Notes: a model not told the origin generated them from the sequence alone. 64,000 nt of DNA from Salpingoeca rosetta (GCA_033442325.1 JAWQFM010000022.1:650746-714745); one strand, 5' to 3'; numbered from the stretch's first letter, positions 45,208-59,435 are shown. A program made the numbers and translations.

Positions 45208-45333
45208 GACGCCAGCGTCTGCACCACTGCAAGTGTCTCAGCGGCAGGTTTGCAACGGTCACGGTTTGCGACACCATAAAAATTGTCCCCTAGCACGAGC
45301 CTGCACGACGAACGGACAGAACAACAACAAGCG

Positions 45334-46559
45334 ATGGCGGAGCGCACGCTGTACGACGTGCTTGGGGTTGAGCGGACAGCGGATGCAGGGACACTGAAGA
45401 AGCAGTTCCACGCACTGTCGCGGAAGCATCACCCAGACAAGCGGCAGGCCAACGGCCGTGTGGACAAGGGTGGCCGGGATCACGAGGATTCCGGTCGGGA
45501 TGACGGTGGCAGCGGTCGTCATGGTGACAATGAAGGCGTGGACGATGATGACGATGCGTTCATCGAAGTGATGAAGGCATGGACGATTCTGTCCAAACCA
45601 GATGCCAGATCCCGCTACGACGCAGCTCTCGCCCGTGAGTGAGCATGTGTGCATCGTGTGTGCATCGTGTGTGCATCGTGTGTGCATCGTGCGTGCATCG
45701 TGTGTGCATCGTGTGTGCATCGTGTGTGCATGTGCGCGTGATTGGTATGGAGAGAGATCAGGATGGAATAGAGCAGGATGGAAGAGTGCTTTGATGAACC
45801 CCTCCATACAAGGAGCATGTGTGTGTGTGCATCGTGTGTGCATCGTGTGTGCATCGTGTGTGCATGTGCGCGTGATTGGTATGGAGAGAGATCAGGATGG
45901 AATAGAGCAGGATGGAAGAGTGCTTTGATGAATCCCTCCATTCAAGCAGAGACAGTGCCACGTGCTTGTGGTGTAGTTGTGCACTAATGCTGTGAGGTGC
46001 TTGCGCTCACACGTCGGTGTCGTTGCTCGCAACACCTGCCTCATGCAGAGGAAGAGACGAAACAAGACCTGCCCTTTCATGACGAAGTGGCGCTGGAAGA
46101 CATGACGCTCGATGAAGGTACCACTGCCGTGTCTGGGTTTGCGTGGGCGCTCGTTTGGTTGATGGGCGAGCTGTGCAACAGTGAAAGGAGTGTGTGTAAC
46201 TTGCGTTGTCTGTCACTGTATGCACGTGCATGTGTACCTGAAACTATTGTCCATGGGCGGGTTTGCTGCGACCCGCCTCCCAAGCTCGGCGTGCACACTG
46301 ATGTCTTTGGTCTAGGATTCACACCCACCATCTTTCTTCTGTCCGTTACACCCTTCCCTCCTTTCTCGTTGCCACTTGGTCAGATGACGAGGTTCACTAT
46401 GCGGAGTGCCGGTGTGGCGGAGAGTATGTGTTGGAGCAAGATCAGATCACAACAAGTGTGCGGGGCACCACATGGATCATCCCTTGCTCCACATGCACGC
46501 TTGCACTGAAGGTGGTCCGTGAGCACTGCGCGACGCCGCCTCCAGTACAACAACAACAA

Positions 46560-46597
<38 letters not shown>

Positions 46598-46601
46598 GTA
46601 A
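45334..46601 (+). CDS. DNAJC24: Diphthamide biosynthesis protein 4 (J-domain + CSL zinc finger), 3 exons
   Basis: TLYDVLGV...HHPDK J-domain; DEVALEDM; CRCGGEY...IPCSTCTL zinc finger. Confidence 0.9.
45700..45941. repeat. Intronic direct duplication (period 134 bp) in DPH4 intron 1
   Basis: tgtgcgcgtgattggtatggagagagatcagg...ccctccat occurs at 45731-45807 and 45865-45941, each preceded by gtgtgcatc repeats. Confidence 0.85.
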
Positions 46602-46782
46602 TAACGAGACAAACCACCCACGATTCACCATGTGTGGTGAGCAACACACGTCTCATCACATTACTGTTACGTCACAGCAGCAACAAGAGTAATGGGCCTG
46701 CCTGCAATGCAAACACAAGCCTAACACGCTACGCGTGTGAACCCACCAGAGGATACACGCGCCTCGTTAGCAGCATCGCGGG

Positions 46783-47569
46783 TCACAACACCTCGTGCTC
46801 ACTGCCGCCACGACGTCCACCGCTGCTGTGCCCCCGCCGTCTTCCTCCTCCGCCCCTTCCGCTTCCACCCCCTCGTGCGCGACTTTGATCAGCGCGTGAT
46901 GCGAGTGGTGCCGATGATGACGACGACGACGATGATGGCAATGGCTGTCGTGCCGATGATGACGACGACGACGATGATGGTGGTGGTGCTGCGTTCCGCC
47001 TTCTTCCACCTCTCCCTCTCCCTCGCCCGCGCTGCTGGTGCTGCTGCTGGTGCTGCTGCTGGTGCTGCTGCTGGTGCTGCTGCTTGGATAGCCCGCGTGT
47101 GCGGTTGGTGCGACTGGTGCTGCCATGAGTATCAGTGCCAGCAGTGCTCTCGCTGCCGCCCATGATGCGTGCGCGCGCCTCTTCATATCGCCGCTGCTTG
47201 TCTTCCAGCTTGACACGACGCAGCATGGCGGCAGCGCAGACAGGTGTGTGAGAGGGTGCACGTGTGCGTGTGTGTGCGTGTGTGTATGTGGTTGCTATCA
47301 CAGTGTGTTGTTTGAAGGAGGGGGGGGGGATGAAGGCGAGGCAGCCTGTTGAGCAAGAAGTGAGCACCCATGTGGAGCGAGTGACGAGCATATCTTTGCA
47401 TACCGATTGGTCGTGCTGAGCCACATCATCGAGGCGATTGCGAGATGACGCTTGGTTCTTCCCGCTCGTTCCGCCGGGCTGCCGCTTCAACAGCATGATC
47501 TTTCACACAATACACCACAATGACAGTGGGCAACGCAACATGACCGAGCGAGTGAGACGATCATCGTGA

Positions 47570-47617
<48 letters not shown>

Positions 47618-47638
47618 GTGTGTGTGTGTGTGTTGTTG

Positions 47639-47669
<31 letters not shown>

Positions 47670-47769
47670 NNNNNNNNNNNNNNNNNNNNNNNNNNNNNNN
47701 NNNNNNNNNNNNNNNNNNNNNNNNNNNNNNNNNNNNNNNNNNNNNNNNNNNNNNNNNNNNNNNNNNNNN

Positions 47770-47818
<49 letters not shown>

Positions 47819-48465
47819 ACATACACACACACACACACACACATACACACATACACAGACATCGACAGACCTCCATTGGACGGACGGGTCGTGTGCAACT
47901 TGGCGCTGCCAGGCTTGTGCCTGTGTATCTGTGAGGACCTCTGTGAGCCGCGCACCTTGCTGTCTCCGCCTCTCTTCCTTTCTCTGTTGGTCGCGGTCGC
48001 CGGGTGGGTGCACCCATGCTGGTGCTGCTGTCGCGTAAGGCTCCTGTGTTTGCTGGACAACCTCGCCCGTGAACGGGTTCACTGCTTTGCGCGGTTGCGC
48101 ATCATGGCTGCTGTGTTGATGCACAATACCTGCTGTCACTGTCGTGCTGGTCGTGCTTGGCGCCAGTGACAAGCCGGTGGGAGGCGCACTGTGGTCACTG
48201 CTCGCTGCAGTTGCGTCACCGGTTGCCTCATCGTCTTCTGTATCCTCCTCCTCAGCGTACAACTGAACCACCACCACCACCACCAGCAGCAGCAACAGTG
48301 GCTTGTGAGCGGCTTGCCAAGACTGGGCCACCTAGCACGCTAACTGCACACACATCACACCACACATCACATCGCACATCACATCGCACACAGCGCACAC
48401 TACAGCACACACATCGCACATCGCACACCCACCTGCTCCCAGTCGTCAACCACGTCATCAGCCAT
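46783..48465 (-). CDS. SUZ-domain protein (SZRD1-like); multi-exon
   Basis: MADDVVDDWEQ N-terminus; MLLKRQP; KLEDKQRRYEEARARIMG SUZ motif. Confidence 0.75.
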
Positions 48466-48489
48466 TTCCGACTCTTCTTCTGCAAGCAA

Positions 48490-48971
48490 ATGCCAAGAAG
48501 AAGGAGGACAGCCGCTGCTGCTGTCAGTGGAGCAATGGGTGTGTTGGCTGTGGCGCTGCTGGCCGTGTTGATGATGCTGAGCAGTGGCGATGGTGTGGTG
48601 GCTGCGCTGGAAGCAGGGACCAGCGACAGCGAGGCTGGGAAGGGCCACGGTCGAGAGGGCGCCATCGCCACGTCGCCATCACCACGGCTGCCTGGGGACG
48701 TCGCAAGACTGAACGCACCTTTGGAGACAACAGACATGCCAGATGACAAGCTGGTGCAGAGCTATCGCCGGCACTTTGCCATCAAGCGGACAGAGCAGGT
48801 CAAGGCTGCCGACAGCATCTTCGAGAAGCCGCAGTACGAAAGGCGGTTTGACCTTGTCAAACCCCTCCTGGTACGTGTCGTGTGTGCGTGTGTCGTGCGT
48901 GTGTCGTGTGTGTGTCGTGTGTGTCGTGTGCGTGTGTCGTGTGTGTGTGCGTGTGCGTGTGCGTGTGTGTA

Positions 48972-49038
<67 letters not shown>

Positions 49039-49673
49039 GCGTGTGTGTGTGTCGTGTGCATGTACGTGTGTGTATAGTTTCATTGTACAAGTGTTCGCGG
49101 TGTATTGTACACGCGTGCGCACGTACTGTGTGTATGTCTCTGCTCGTTGCATTCCCCGTTCACGCTCACAAACACGCGTACGCATGCACGTACATGCACG
49201 TGCAGGATGAACTGTTCCGGACACTGCGGGCGTCGCAGCGGGCGCTGGAGGACGTGGATGTGGCAGCGCTGCGGCCTGTGCCTGTAGACCAGCCAGAGGT
49301 GCTGGACGCCCTGCTCAAGGTCTGGGAGAACATGGCCTTCTTTGGGGACCTCATCCTGCGCATGCCAGACCAGGTGCACACGCTCATCGACAACCACAAC
49401 GTGCGGCTTGGCCTGGTGCGGTGGGGCGTCGACCTGTGTTTGGAGTCGCCCGTGTACGAGGACACGCACAGGCAGCAGCTTCGCCTGGTGCTGCAGGAGA
49501 CGGGGCTGGCAGAAGAGAAGGATCCAAGCTACATCAACCCGTTCTCCGAGGCGTATATTCGCGAGCAGCAGCGTCTCAAGCAGCAGCAGCAGCAGCAGCA
49601 GGAGGAGCACTTGAAGAAGACCCTCAAGCGACAGCGCATGCGCAAACGTCGTCTCAGGCACCACGACTTGTAG
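48490..49673 (+). CDS. CCDC134: CCDC134 homologue (ER-luminal), 2 exons; start may be 48490 or 48535
   Basis: Signal peptide; YRRHFAIKRTEQ; ENMAFFGDLILRMP; VRWGVDLC; EKDPSYINPF; C-terminal HHDL resembling an ER-retrieval signal. Confidence 0.85.
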
Positions 49674-50158
49674 CGCGTGCGTACACGTGTGTGTACGTCG
49701 TGTGTGTCTGTGTGTATGTACATGCGTGTGTCGTGCGCATGTGTGTGTGTGTGTGTGTGTCGTGTGCATGTGTGTGTGTGTCGTGTGTGCACGACATGTA
49801 TGTGGTTGTCGAACATGTCCACTAGTTGTTGATGCAAGCACCGCTGGAGCATGCATGTGTGGGTGGTGCATGTGCGCGTGTGCGTTCGCAGCATTGCCGG
49901 GGTTTCACTGTCTACTATTGAAAGGAACACAGCTCTGATGCTGCAATGAACGCTGCGAGAAACACAAACTCACACCTGACACACACCGACACACGAGCAA
50001 GCAAAGGCTTTTCTGAACACGGAACACACCAAAGAAGGGTATGAGCACGCACAACACAATCTTCATGTACACACACACACACACACAGGAAGCACGTCAG
50101 TTACAGAAAGGAAACATCAAAAGCAACCAACTCAGGCACGTCCACGTTTCAACGCATG

Positions 50159-50247
<89 letters not shown>

Positions 50248-50286
50248 CACACAATGCACAAGACACGAGAGTGGTGGGAAGCACGG

Positions 50287-53200
50287 CTATTCGTGATCTT
50301 GCCCGCGCTTCAGGGCACGAAGCTGGCGGTCAAGGCGAGACACTTCCTTCTCCGCGGCCTCGTAGTTCTTCTTCAGCTGCTCCATCTGTGGTGAGCAGAG
50401 CACACAGAAGGCAAAACAAAAGAGCTACCGTGAGTACAGGGAAGGGTGTGGTCCCTTCGTGGATATGATACATGATGACACGCGAGGTACTTACTGTACA
50501 ATCGCGCACGCGACGTTGACACTCAACACAGACACAAACACGCAGGTACCGCATGTAGATACATGCACCACACGCACACACATGCTCATGTATGCAGTCT
50601 GTGATGGCAAACGCACCTTAGCCTCTGTCCGCTTCTTGTATTCGTCAATAAACGTCTTGAGCTTGTTTGAGCGCCGCATCCACTTTCCAACCTCGTGCTC
50701 GCGAATCTGTGTACAATCCGGGGGCGGTGATGGTGACAAACAACACAACACGTGAGGGTGTGGGCTAATGCAAGGGCTGCTGGCTCGCGTCTTTGACTGA
50801 AGCACACACACACACACATATGTATGCAAGTGGAGGTTCGCACCTGTGTTGCCTGTTGCAGTTGCGTTGTTGCCTGCTCCAATGCAAACTCCTTGTCCAC
50901 CAGTTGATCTGCACACAAACACACACACGTGTGCCGGAGAGCAATACAAAGCAAACACAAACAAATCACACATTTGCAAGTGTTCCTTCATCAGCTCGAG
51001 CATGCAGTGACCTGCAGGCACACAACTATTCATAGGCAAGGCATGTCACCGCCATCACCACCACGACCACGAACACACACACGCATACATAAATATACAC
51101 ACGTACACACAAACACACACACATACACGAACACACACACACACACACACACACAAACATACACACACGAACGCACACACACACAGAGCTGACTGGATAG
51201 CACCCCTACTAACCGTTGAGGGCGTTGACTTGCGTGCGCTGCGCTTCAAGCAAGTTCCGGCACTCCTCCAGTTCTTGGGAAGCAGTTGTGGCGCCTTGCT
51301 CTTGAACCTGCAGTTGCTGTTTCGACCAAAGGCACCAGGAAGCGCATGGGCGAATGTGATGAGGTGGTGTACGATGATGCATGCTAAAAAAAAAAAAAAC
51401 CAAACAAAAGTTAACCTCAAGCAGCTGCCCGCAACACCCCACAGCATCGGGCATACCGCCTTTGTTTTCTGCAAGCAGTCTTCAAGCTCGGTGATGGTTT
51501 CTCTGTTGGCAGCGCGCTCTTGTTCGAGGTACTGCTTCGTCTGCTCGTACTCGCTCTCCGTCTGCTCTGTGCGGCGAGAAAGGCGCGCAAGCTGCCGCTT
51601 GGTTTCCTCCAGCTCCTTTGAAACATAAGTGCCGTAGTGTGAGTTGATATGATCTGAAAGTTAGGAAGCAAGCACGCAACGCACAACGACACATACACGT
51701 GCACACAACGCACACCCACACACGTACATGCGCATTCAACACCAAAACCACGCCCACAAACGTAATAATCCCAAGAAAAAACACGCTCGCAAATCTACAC
51801 CAACCCACGGAGACGCACACACACACATACACACACGTCCATGCAACACGCACGCACGTACCTCTGTGAGAGCGTCGACTTGTGTTGTCGCTTGGTTGAG
51901 GGCATCCTGTGCAGTCGTGTGCATCTCACGCGTTTGCTGCAACTCAGCAACTGCTGCGTCTCGCTCTTGCTGTGCAGACTCGGCGTTGGCAGTCGCCTCC
52001 TCCAGCTCCACCTGCAGTTCGTCGCACTTGAAGGACATCTCATCCAGTGCCTCGCGCGCGTCCTCAGCTGTCCTTTCCTGTACGGCGTGGTCCTCCCGCA
52101 TCCGCTGCAGCTCAGCGCGCGCAAACTCCACCTCCGCATGCGCGCTCTCTCGCGCCTGCTGCGCCGCACTCAACTCGGCCTCAAGCTGCTGTGCCCGCTC
52201 CTCAAGTACCGCGGTGATGCGCTGGAGTGCTGTGACGGCGGCCGCACTCTTGGCAGCTGTCGCCTTGACCGCTGCCTCCGCCGTGGCCATGGCACTGACG
52301 CGGGTGGTGAGGAGCTGGTTCTCCTCCACTAGCTCGGCAAGGCGCGTCTCGTACGCGTTGGACTGCAGTTTGTGCTCAAGCGCGGTGACCTCCGCCTTGT
52401 GCTGGCGGTACATGGTGCTCATGTCGCCCTGCAGCTGCGTGTAGCTCGCCTGGTGCTGCGCGATCTTCGCTTCAAGGGATGCCTGAAGCGAGAAGGAGAC
52501 AACACGACAAAGTCGTCAAGAGAATGGCAAGAACACCAAAACAGTTGAGAGAAAGAATCGTGCGCGAACGTGTGAGTGTGCTCTCAAGTGCAGGCAATCA
52601 CACACACAGACACACACAGACACACACACACAGACACACACACACAGATACACACACACACACACAGACACACACAGACACACACAGACACACACACACA
52701 CACAGAGTGCAAGCAACGACCCCAGGTTCAGCACCAGCGCAATCTTCAACCGGGACATTATCGGTCGCTGTGCCACTTCCTCACTCCCTCATTACCTGTG
52801 TGTCGGCTGTCTCCGCCTTCAAGGCCTCAAAGGACTGCATCAAATCTTCCTTCTCAGCTGTCAGCTCTGTGAACTTGAACTCCCACTCCTGTGAAAGTCA
52901 TGGCATCCAGGAAGAGGGGGGAAGGGTTGAGATTTGGGTGATTAATTGCGTGCACTGAGGCCCCGAAATCACATCCAACCACGTGCATGGAAAACACCCG
53001 GACACCGACCCACAGCGGCAGCCACACAGACACACACACACACACTCTCTCTCTCTCACACTCACACACACACTCACACACACATACGCTCACGCACATA
53101 CTCACACACTTTTTCACTCACACACAGACACACACGCTCTCACACACACGCTCACGCTCACCTGTACTTGTTGTGCCATTTGGGCCTGCGTGTCGCTGTG

Positions 53201-55550
53201 CTCACGCTGCTCTGTGTGCATGGCCTCCTGCAAGGACGCAAGCTCGGCCTTGAGCGACTCCAGCTCTTGCGTTGCTGCATCCAGCCCTGCTGTGGCTGTG
53301 TCTCTCTCGCTTGTCAGCGACTCAATCACCGCCTCCGTGTCCGCAAATGAGGCCAATCGCTGTTCCAGGTCATCCTTCTCCTGTGACAGCTCACCAATGC
53401 GAAGCTGTAGCTGCGAAACAAGCGCGTCGCTCTCCTCCTTGCTGGTGAGCAGGTGTTCCTTCAGCGCGCCCAGCTCCTGCTGTACCGTTTGCAGGGTTGA
53501 CCTGAGCTCGCTGCCTTGCTGCCCAAGTCGCCTGTTCTCGTCTCGCAGCACCTCGTTGGAGATGGCCATCACCTCCACTTGCGACAGCAGCTGCTCGCGT
53601 GGCAGGTCCTTGCAGGCTTGCACTTGTCCGTCTGCATCCGCCACGGGCGACGTCATCGTGCCCATGTCAGCTTGTTGGATGGCAAGCGGTGACGTGGCCG
53701 TGCTTGCAAGCACAGGGCGGGCTGGTGTTGCCACCCGACTCGCCTGGGTCTCTGCATCTTGCACAGACACGTGCACGGTCTGCGCGCCCATGGCCTCACT
53801 CACAACGGGAGACATTGCCGTGGATGTGGTGGACATCTGCTTCTTGGCCGGCGTGGATGTCATTGTTGCTGTGCTTGACATGGTGGCTGCAGCGACAGGT
53901 GTCATGGGCGATGTGCCCATCTCGGCTTGGAACACCTTTCCACGCCGCGGTGTTGCATCCACATCCTCAATGATGATGGTGGGCAGCGCGCGCGGTGGCT
54001 GCAGCTTGCTTGCAGGCGCAGCACTGTCGCGTTCGCCATCGCTGGTGTGGGCATTGCTCACCCTCGCCTCCTCGGAGGAGTCCTTGCCTGGAGAGAAGAT
54101 GCGAAGTGGGGCCACGAGGCTGGCTAAAATCTGGCGCACGTGTGTCACGCGCGGCGTAAACCCCGTCTGCACTGCACCCGCATGCTCCTGTTCGCTGCTG
54201 GCGCTTGATGGGGACTGCCCTCCCTCCACACTGCTGTTGCCATTGGTGTTGCTGCCGGCGGTGTTGATGGCGGCTGTGTGGCGCATGTGTGGTGGGAGTG
54301 CGACAGCACGCCGCTGCTTGCGGTACGGGCCTGGTGTGACTGTGTCGGGGAGGGCGGATGGTGGTGCTGCCGCTGTGCCCAGCTGAGTGAGCGCTTCCTG
54401 CACACGCGACTGCAACAGGCGCGGTTCAGAGGTGGTGGCGCCGTTGGTTGTGGAGGTGGTGAATGACGTGGCGTGAGCGCTGTTGGACTGCGCAGGCGTG
54501 GATGCTGCCGTTGTTGTGGTGCTGTCATTCAATTCCTCAAGATGCTGCTCTGCACGCGACAGGCAGTGCTGGATCATGCCAATGGCACGGCAGTGGAGCA
54601 TCTCCAGTGCCTCGGGAGAACTCTGCTTGGATGCCGAGCCTGCGGCAACAGGCACCGCTTTGCTTGCTGGGGTCGACACGGTGCTGGCATGGTCAGCATC
54701 ATCATCAGCACTTGCACCACCTGTGCCGTTGGTGAGCTGTGCCTGCTGCTGCTGTGCCTGTTGTTGCTGTGCGTGTGGTGCTGCTGCGCCTCGCAAGGTC
54801 TCAATTTGCTGCTTGAGCTGCTCGTTCTCTGCCTCTGCATCCTGCAGTGCCCGCTTGAGCCGGTCCACCTGGCGAGTGGAGTTGCCGCGCTTGCGTGATG
54901 GTGTGGCCTCGACTGCATCAAATGCTGGTGCTGCGGTGGACTGCAGTTGCAGCTTTGGGCGCTTTCGCCTGTTTTGCAGGGGCGTATTGCTCACGTTTGA
55001 CAGCGTTCGCAGCTCCTGCTTGACGTTGTGTTTTTTCGCTCCGCGCAACGGCGTGACGCCCATCTGGATAGACGCGCGTGTGCGTGTGACATGTGTGTGA
55101 CATGTGTTTTGTGTGTGTGTGTGTTGCGTGAGCAGTGAGTGAATGAGTGCAGCGTGTGTATGTGTGTGTTTATGTCGCAATGTGTGCGCGTGTGCGTGTT
55201 GTGCGTGTGTTCGTATCCGTGTCGCAGTGTGCGCATGTTTGCGCATGTGGATGAACATGTACACATACAAGTGTCCTCGTTCGCGCATGTGGATGAACAT
55301 GTACACATACAAGCGTCCTCGTTCGCGCATGCACTTATGCGCGCAGGTTGAGATCCCAATGCACACCTGAAACCAAACCGTGCACATCGATCATCCCTCC
55401 TCCATCCTCTCCACATACCTTGATCATCTGTTTCGTCTTTGGCGTGAGGGTCTCATCGAAGACCCGCAATGGTGTTGTGGTGGTTGATGCAGCACGAGGG
55501 CGCCTTCCAGGCCCAAACAACGACCCGGATCTCAGCGACGAAGATGACAT
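50287..55550 (-). CDS. Large coiled-coil protein with TP/SP-rich N-terminal half (possible spindle or kinetochore protein); multi-exon
   Basis: Spliced coding exons with long heptad regions (53114-55060, 51860-52480 and smaller 3' exons); many S/T-P sites; ends KNYEAAEKEVSRLDRQLRALKRGQDHE*. Confidence 0.7.
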
Positions 55551-55567
55551 GTCGGCTTCTTCCTTCT

Positions 55568-55627
55568 CCTTCACTTCTCCTTCACTTCTCCTTCACTTCT
55601 CCTTCACTTCTCCTTCACTTCTCCTTC
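55568..55627. repeat. 11-bp tandem repeat (CTTCACTTCTC) x5 just upstream of the coiled-coil gene ATG
   Basis: Direct reading. Confidence 0.85.
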
Positions 55628-56368
55628 CTCCTTTCCTTTGCCTTCCTTTCCTCTTCTGTCTCCGTCTTTCTGCTTGATCACAAAAGCAGCAAGTGGAAGT
55701 CACTTGCCTCTGCTGCGCTTGCACTCTCTCACGCACACACACACACACGCACACACACACACACACGCACAGAGACTGTCACAGGCTCGCGCGTGCCCTT
55801 GCTTTGTTCGCCTTGTCTGCCTTTCCCTCACACCAACCGGCTAGGAGCTAGGTGTCGCTGCTTGTGTCGTGTTGAGAGTTGAGTTGATATCCGTCGTCGT
55901 TGTCGCTCTGGGCTCTCGTTATTTTGAATTTTCGCGGCAAAAAGCGGACACTGAAGATATTGCGAATATTCAGCAGTCACAATGCTAGCACATCTTGCAC
56001 GAATTCTCTCCCATGGCCTCGTTTGTTGTGCCGCCAAGTTTGTTTTGGTGATGATTCGAGCAGCTTGCCTCACTTGCCTCGCTGCTGTGCTGCCTTTGTG
56101 TGGGCAACGATGGTTTGTTGTGGTGCCATGGCGCGCCGCCACTCACTGCCCACAGCAGCGCACTTGCATCTGCTATTTCCGCGCAGCGCGCCACGCACAC
56201 GTTGCAGTTCGCACACGCACACACAAACAACCTTGAGAGAACCCCGCCGTGAGTTGACCAGCGTGGTCATTTTCTCGACTCCACTCTCCGCTGCTTATCC
56301 CCAGCCAAAGAAAGCACAGCAAACAACCTCGCCAAGCAAGCTCTCTTGTGACCACAGTAACCAGTACC

Positions 56369-58517
56369 ATGGATCGCCTTCAGGATTTCAAGAACAAGGG
56401 CAAGACCTCCACCGTGCGCAACCGCCGCCGGGAGAACGCCTTTGAGCTCCGCAAGCAGAAGCGCTTCGAGCAGACACAAAAGCGTCGCAACGTCGTTATG
56501 GCCGACCAGGAGAACAACGACGAGAACACAACCACCGCTACCAACGGCACCAACGACAAGGCCCTCGTCCCCGTGGACAACGCCAACAAGAAGCCACAGC
56601 TGTCCTTGGAAAACCTCCGTGAGGCCCTCAAGGTCATTCTCAAGGCCGACGACTTTGACGAGGCCTTCAAGGCCACACAGCTCTGCCGGTGCGTAATCTT
56701 GTGTGTGTCAGTGAGTGTGTGTGTGTATGTTTGTGTGTGCACGAGTGAGTGTGTGTATGAAAGAGAGTGTTTGAATGTGTGTGCATGTATGAACATGTGT
56801 GTATGTTCGTCTGTCTCTGCGTATGAACGTTTGTCTGCGCCCGCGCGCGTGTGTGTCCTGCATCTCCTTGCGACTCTTCTCTGTTTGCAAACAACACCAA
56901 TGTGAAAGCAACATGCTCACCAATACCCTTGCGAACATTCCTGCTGTTTTCACCCCCAATGCAGCCGCATCCTGTCCAAGGAGAAGTTTACAAAGCCCGC
57001 CACTAAGATTGTGATTGAGAGCGGCGCCGTGTCGCGGCTGGTCGAGTTTCTCTCCGTGCCACACGACGACCTCCTGTACGAGGCCCTGTGGGCCCTCACC
57101 AACGTGTCCTCGGGCACATCTGCCGACACCATGGCTGTGGTCTCTGCGGGCGCCATCCCCTACCTCGGCAACCTCCTCTCCAGGGAGTCGGAGAAGGTGC
57201 GCGAGCAGGCCATCTGGTGCCTGGGTAACATTGCTGGCGACGGCCCAGAGCCGCGCGACCTCCTGCTTGGTGCAGGCATCATGGAGCCCCTCATGGCCAC
57301 CATCTACAGCAACCCATCGGTAAGGGCTCACAAGTGCCGTGTCCTGTTGGGTTTTTGTTGCCAACATGATTGTGTTGCTGTCTGCTGTTTTTTGGTCATT
57401 GCTGGGCCGTGTGTGTTCCTGTGTTGTGTATTGTTGTTGCATACGTTTGTACGCTTGGCGCATGCCTTGTGCGCTGGTTATTTATTTCCTGTCTCCGTCA
57501 TCTCCTCGCCTTCAACCACTCACATAACCCAACCCCCCCCCCTTGCCCTCACCTCCTTTTCGTTTCTTTCATTCCTTCTTCTTCAACATCCAACAGACTG
57601 AGATGCTGAGCACGGCGACGTGGGTGCTGTCAAACCTGTGCCGCGGCAAGAAACCCGAGCCAAACTTTGAGATTGTCAAGCAGGCCATCCCCACCTTTCT
57701 CCAGCTCGCACAGCACGAGGACGTCAACGTGCAGGCGGACGCCATGTGGGGCCTCAGCTACCTCAGCGACGGCGACAACGACAAGATTGCTGCGCTGATT
57801 GAGGCTGGCGGCGCGCCGATTGTCGTGAACCTGCTCACGCACTCGTCCATACGCATCCTCACGCCCTGCATCCGCTGCGTGGGCAACATTGTCACGGGCA
57901 CGAACGAGCAGACGCAGGTACCCATTGACCTGGGCTGCCTGCAGCACTTTTCACGGCTGATTCAGCACGAGAAGGCCAACATCCGCAAGGAGACGTGCTG
58001 GGCGCTGTCGAACATTGGTGCCGGCACACGCAGCCAGGTGCACGCGCTCATCGAGAGCAACGTGGTGCCCTCGCTGCTGTACTGCCTTGCCCACGGCGAC
58101 TTCCGCACGCGCAAGGAGGCGTGCTGGGCGGTGACGAACATCAGCAACAACGGCTGCGACGAGGACGTGCGGTACCTCATCAGCCAGGGGTGCATCAAGC
58201 CCCTGGTTGACCTGCTCACGGTGCAGGACGTAAAGGTGGTTGAGATTGCGCTGGACGCACTCCGCAACGTGCTGCGCGTGTCGCAGATGGCCGACGGGTC
58301 CAATCCGAGTGCAGACTGGATTGAGGAGGCTGGTGGCGTGGACCACATTGAGATGCTGCAGCAGCACGAAAACGACACCATCTACGAGCTTGCCCTCGAC
58401 ATTGTGGAGAGCTACTTTGCGGAGGAGGACGAGGATGTGGGCGACATTGCTCCCCAGATGACAGAGTCTGGCTTTGCCCTGGCAGCACCCACGCAGGCCG
58501 CCCCCTTCTCCCTCTGA
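56369..58517 (+). CDS. KPNA: Importin subunit alpha (karyopherin alpha), 3 exons
   Basis: IBB domain RLQDFKNKGK...RRRENAFELRKQKR...KRRNV. ARM repeats EALWALTN, QAIWCLGNIAGD, WVLSNLCRGKKP and KEACWAVTN. Confidence 0.97.
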
Positions 58518-58954
58518 TGAGCTGCGTGGATTGGATTGGATTGGATTGGGTTGGATGGTTAATTGTTGGCTGGTTGTTACCTGTGGATGTGTGTACATGG
58601 TAAGAGAGATGGTGCGTGTTTAAGATACAGTTTGTGTGCAAGCCTCTTTCTTCTGGCTGATTGATTGCTGTGTTTGGTGTGCTCTGCTTGCCTAATGTTT
58701 GCCCAGAGAGGTCTCAACAACTCTTGCTTTTTTTTTTTTTTTTCAATCACGTGTGGTTGTTTGCACTCAATTAGATGAACTCAAATCAAAAGCTAGGGAG
58801 AGAAGTGGGTGAGCTTGGTGGGCTTGGCCGAGAGGAGAGAAAGTGCAGCACAGCAGTACGAAAGAGGAGGACACAAGCTGTGCACACACGCGTGTACACG
58901 CACGCATACATGTACACACCGCATACATGTACACACGCATACACACGCATACAC

Positions 58955-59243
58955 TCAGATGCCAAAGAGCTTGACGTAGCAGGGGTCGCAGTAGGGCTGG
59001 TCATTTCGCTCACGGAAGCGCGTCTTGGCCAGGCTCTTGTTGCACAGACTGCACTGAAAGTGCTCTGGATGCCACTTTTCGCCAAGGGCAGACACGAAGC
59101 TGCCGATAATGGGGCGCATGCACCGTGCGCACACCACGCCCTTCATCTCATGGTAGTGGTACGAGCAGTAGGGCTTGTTGTCCTGCGGAAAGTAGCGGCC
59201 TTCAGGGAAAGGCTTGTTGCACTCCTGCAGAGACGAGTGTGTG

Positions 59244-59277
<34 letters not shown>

Positions 59278-59346
59278 AATGGTGCCGAAGAAGAAAGGGC
59301 GTGAGAGGGCCAAAGGTGAGAACTGAAAACCGAGGCGTACAACGCA

Positions 59347-59435
<89 letters not shown>

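Noticed and set aside
52983-55100. 467-aa and other + strand ORFs
   Set aside because: Antisense to the coiled-coil gene; a GC-rich codon shadow.
55241-55330. 42-bp intronic tandem duplicate
   Set aside because: Ordinary local slippage inside an intron; no functional signal.
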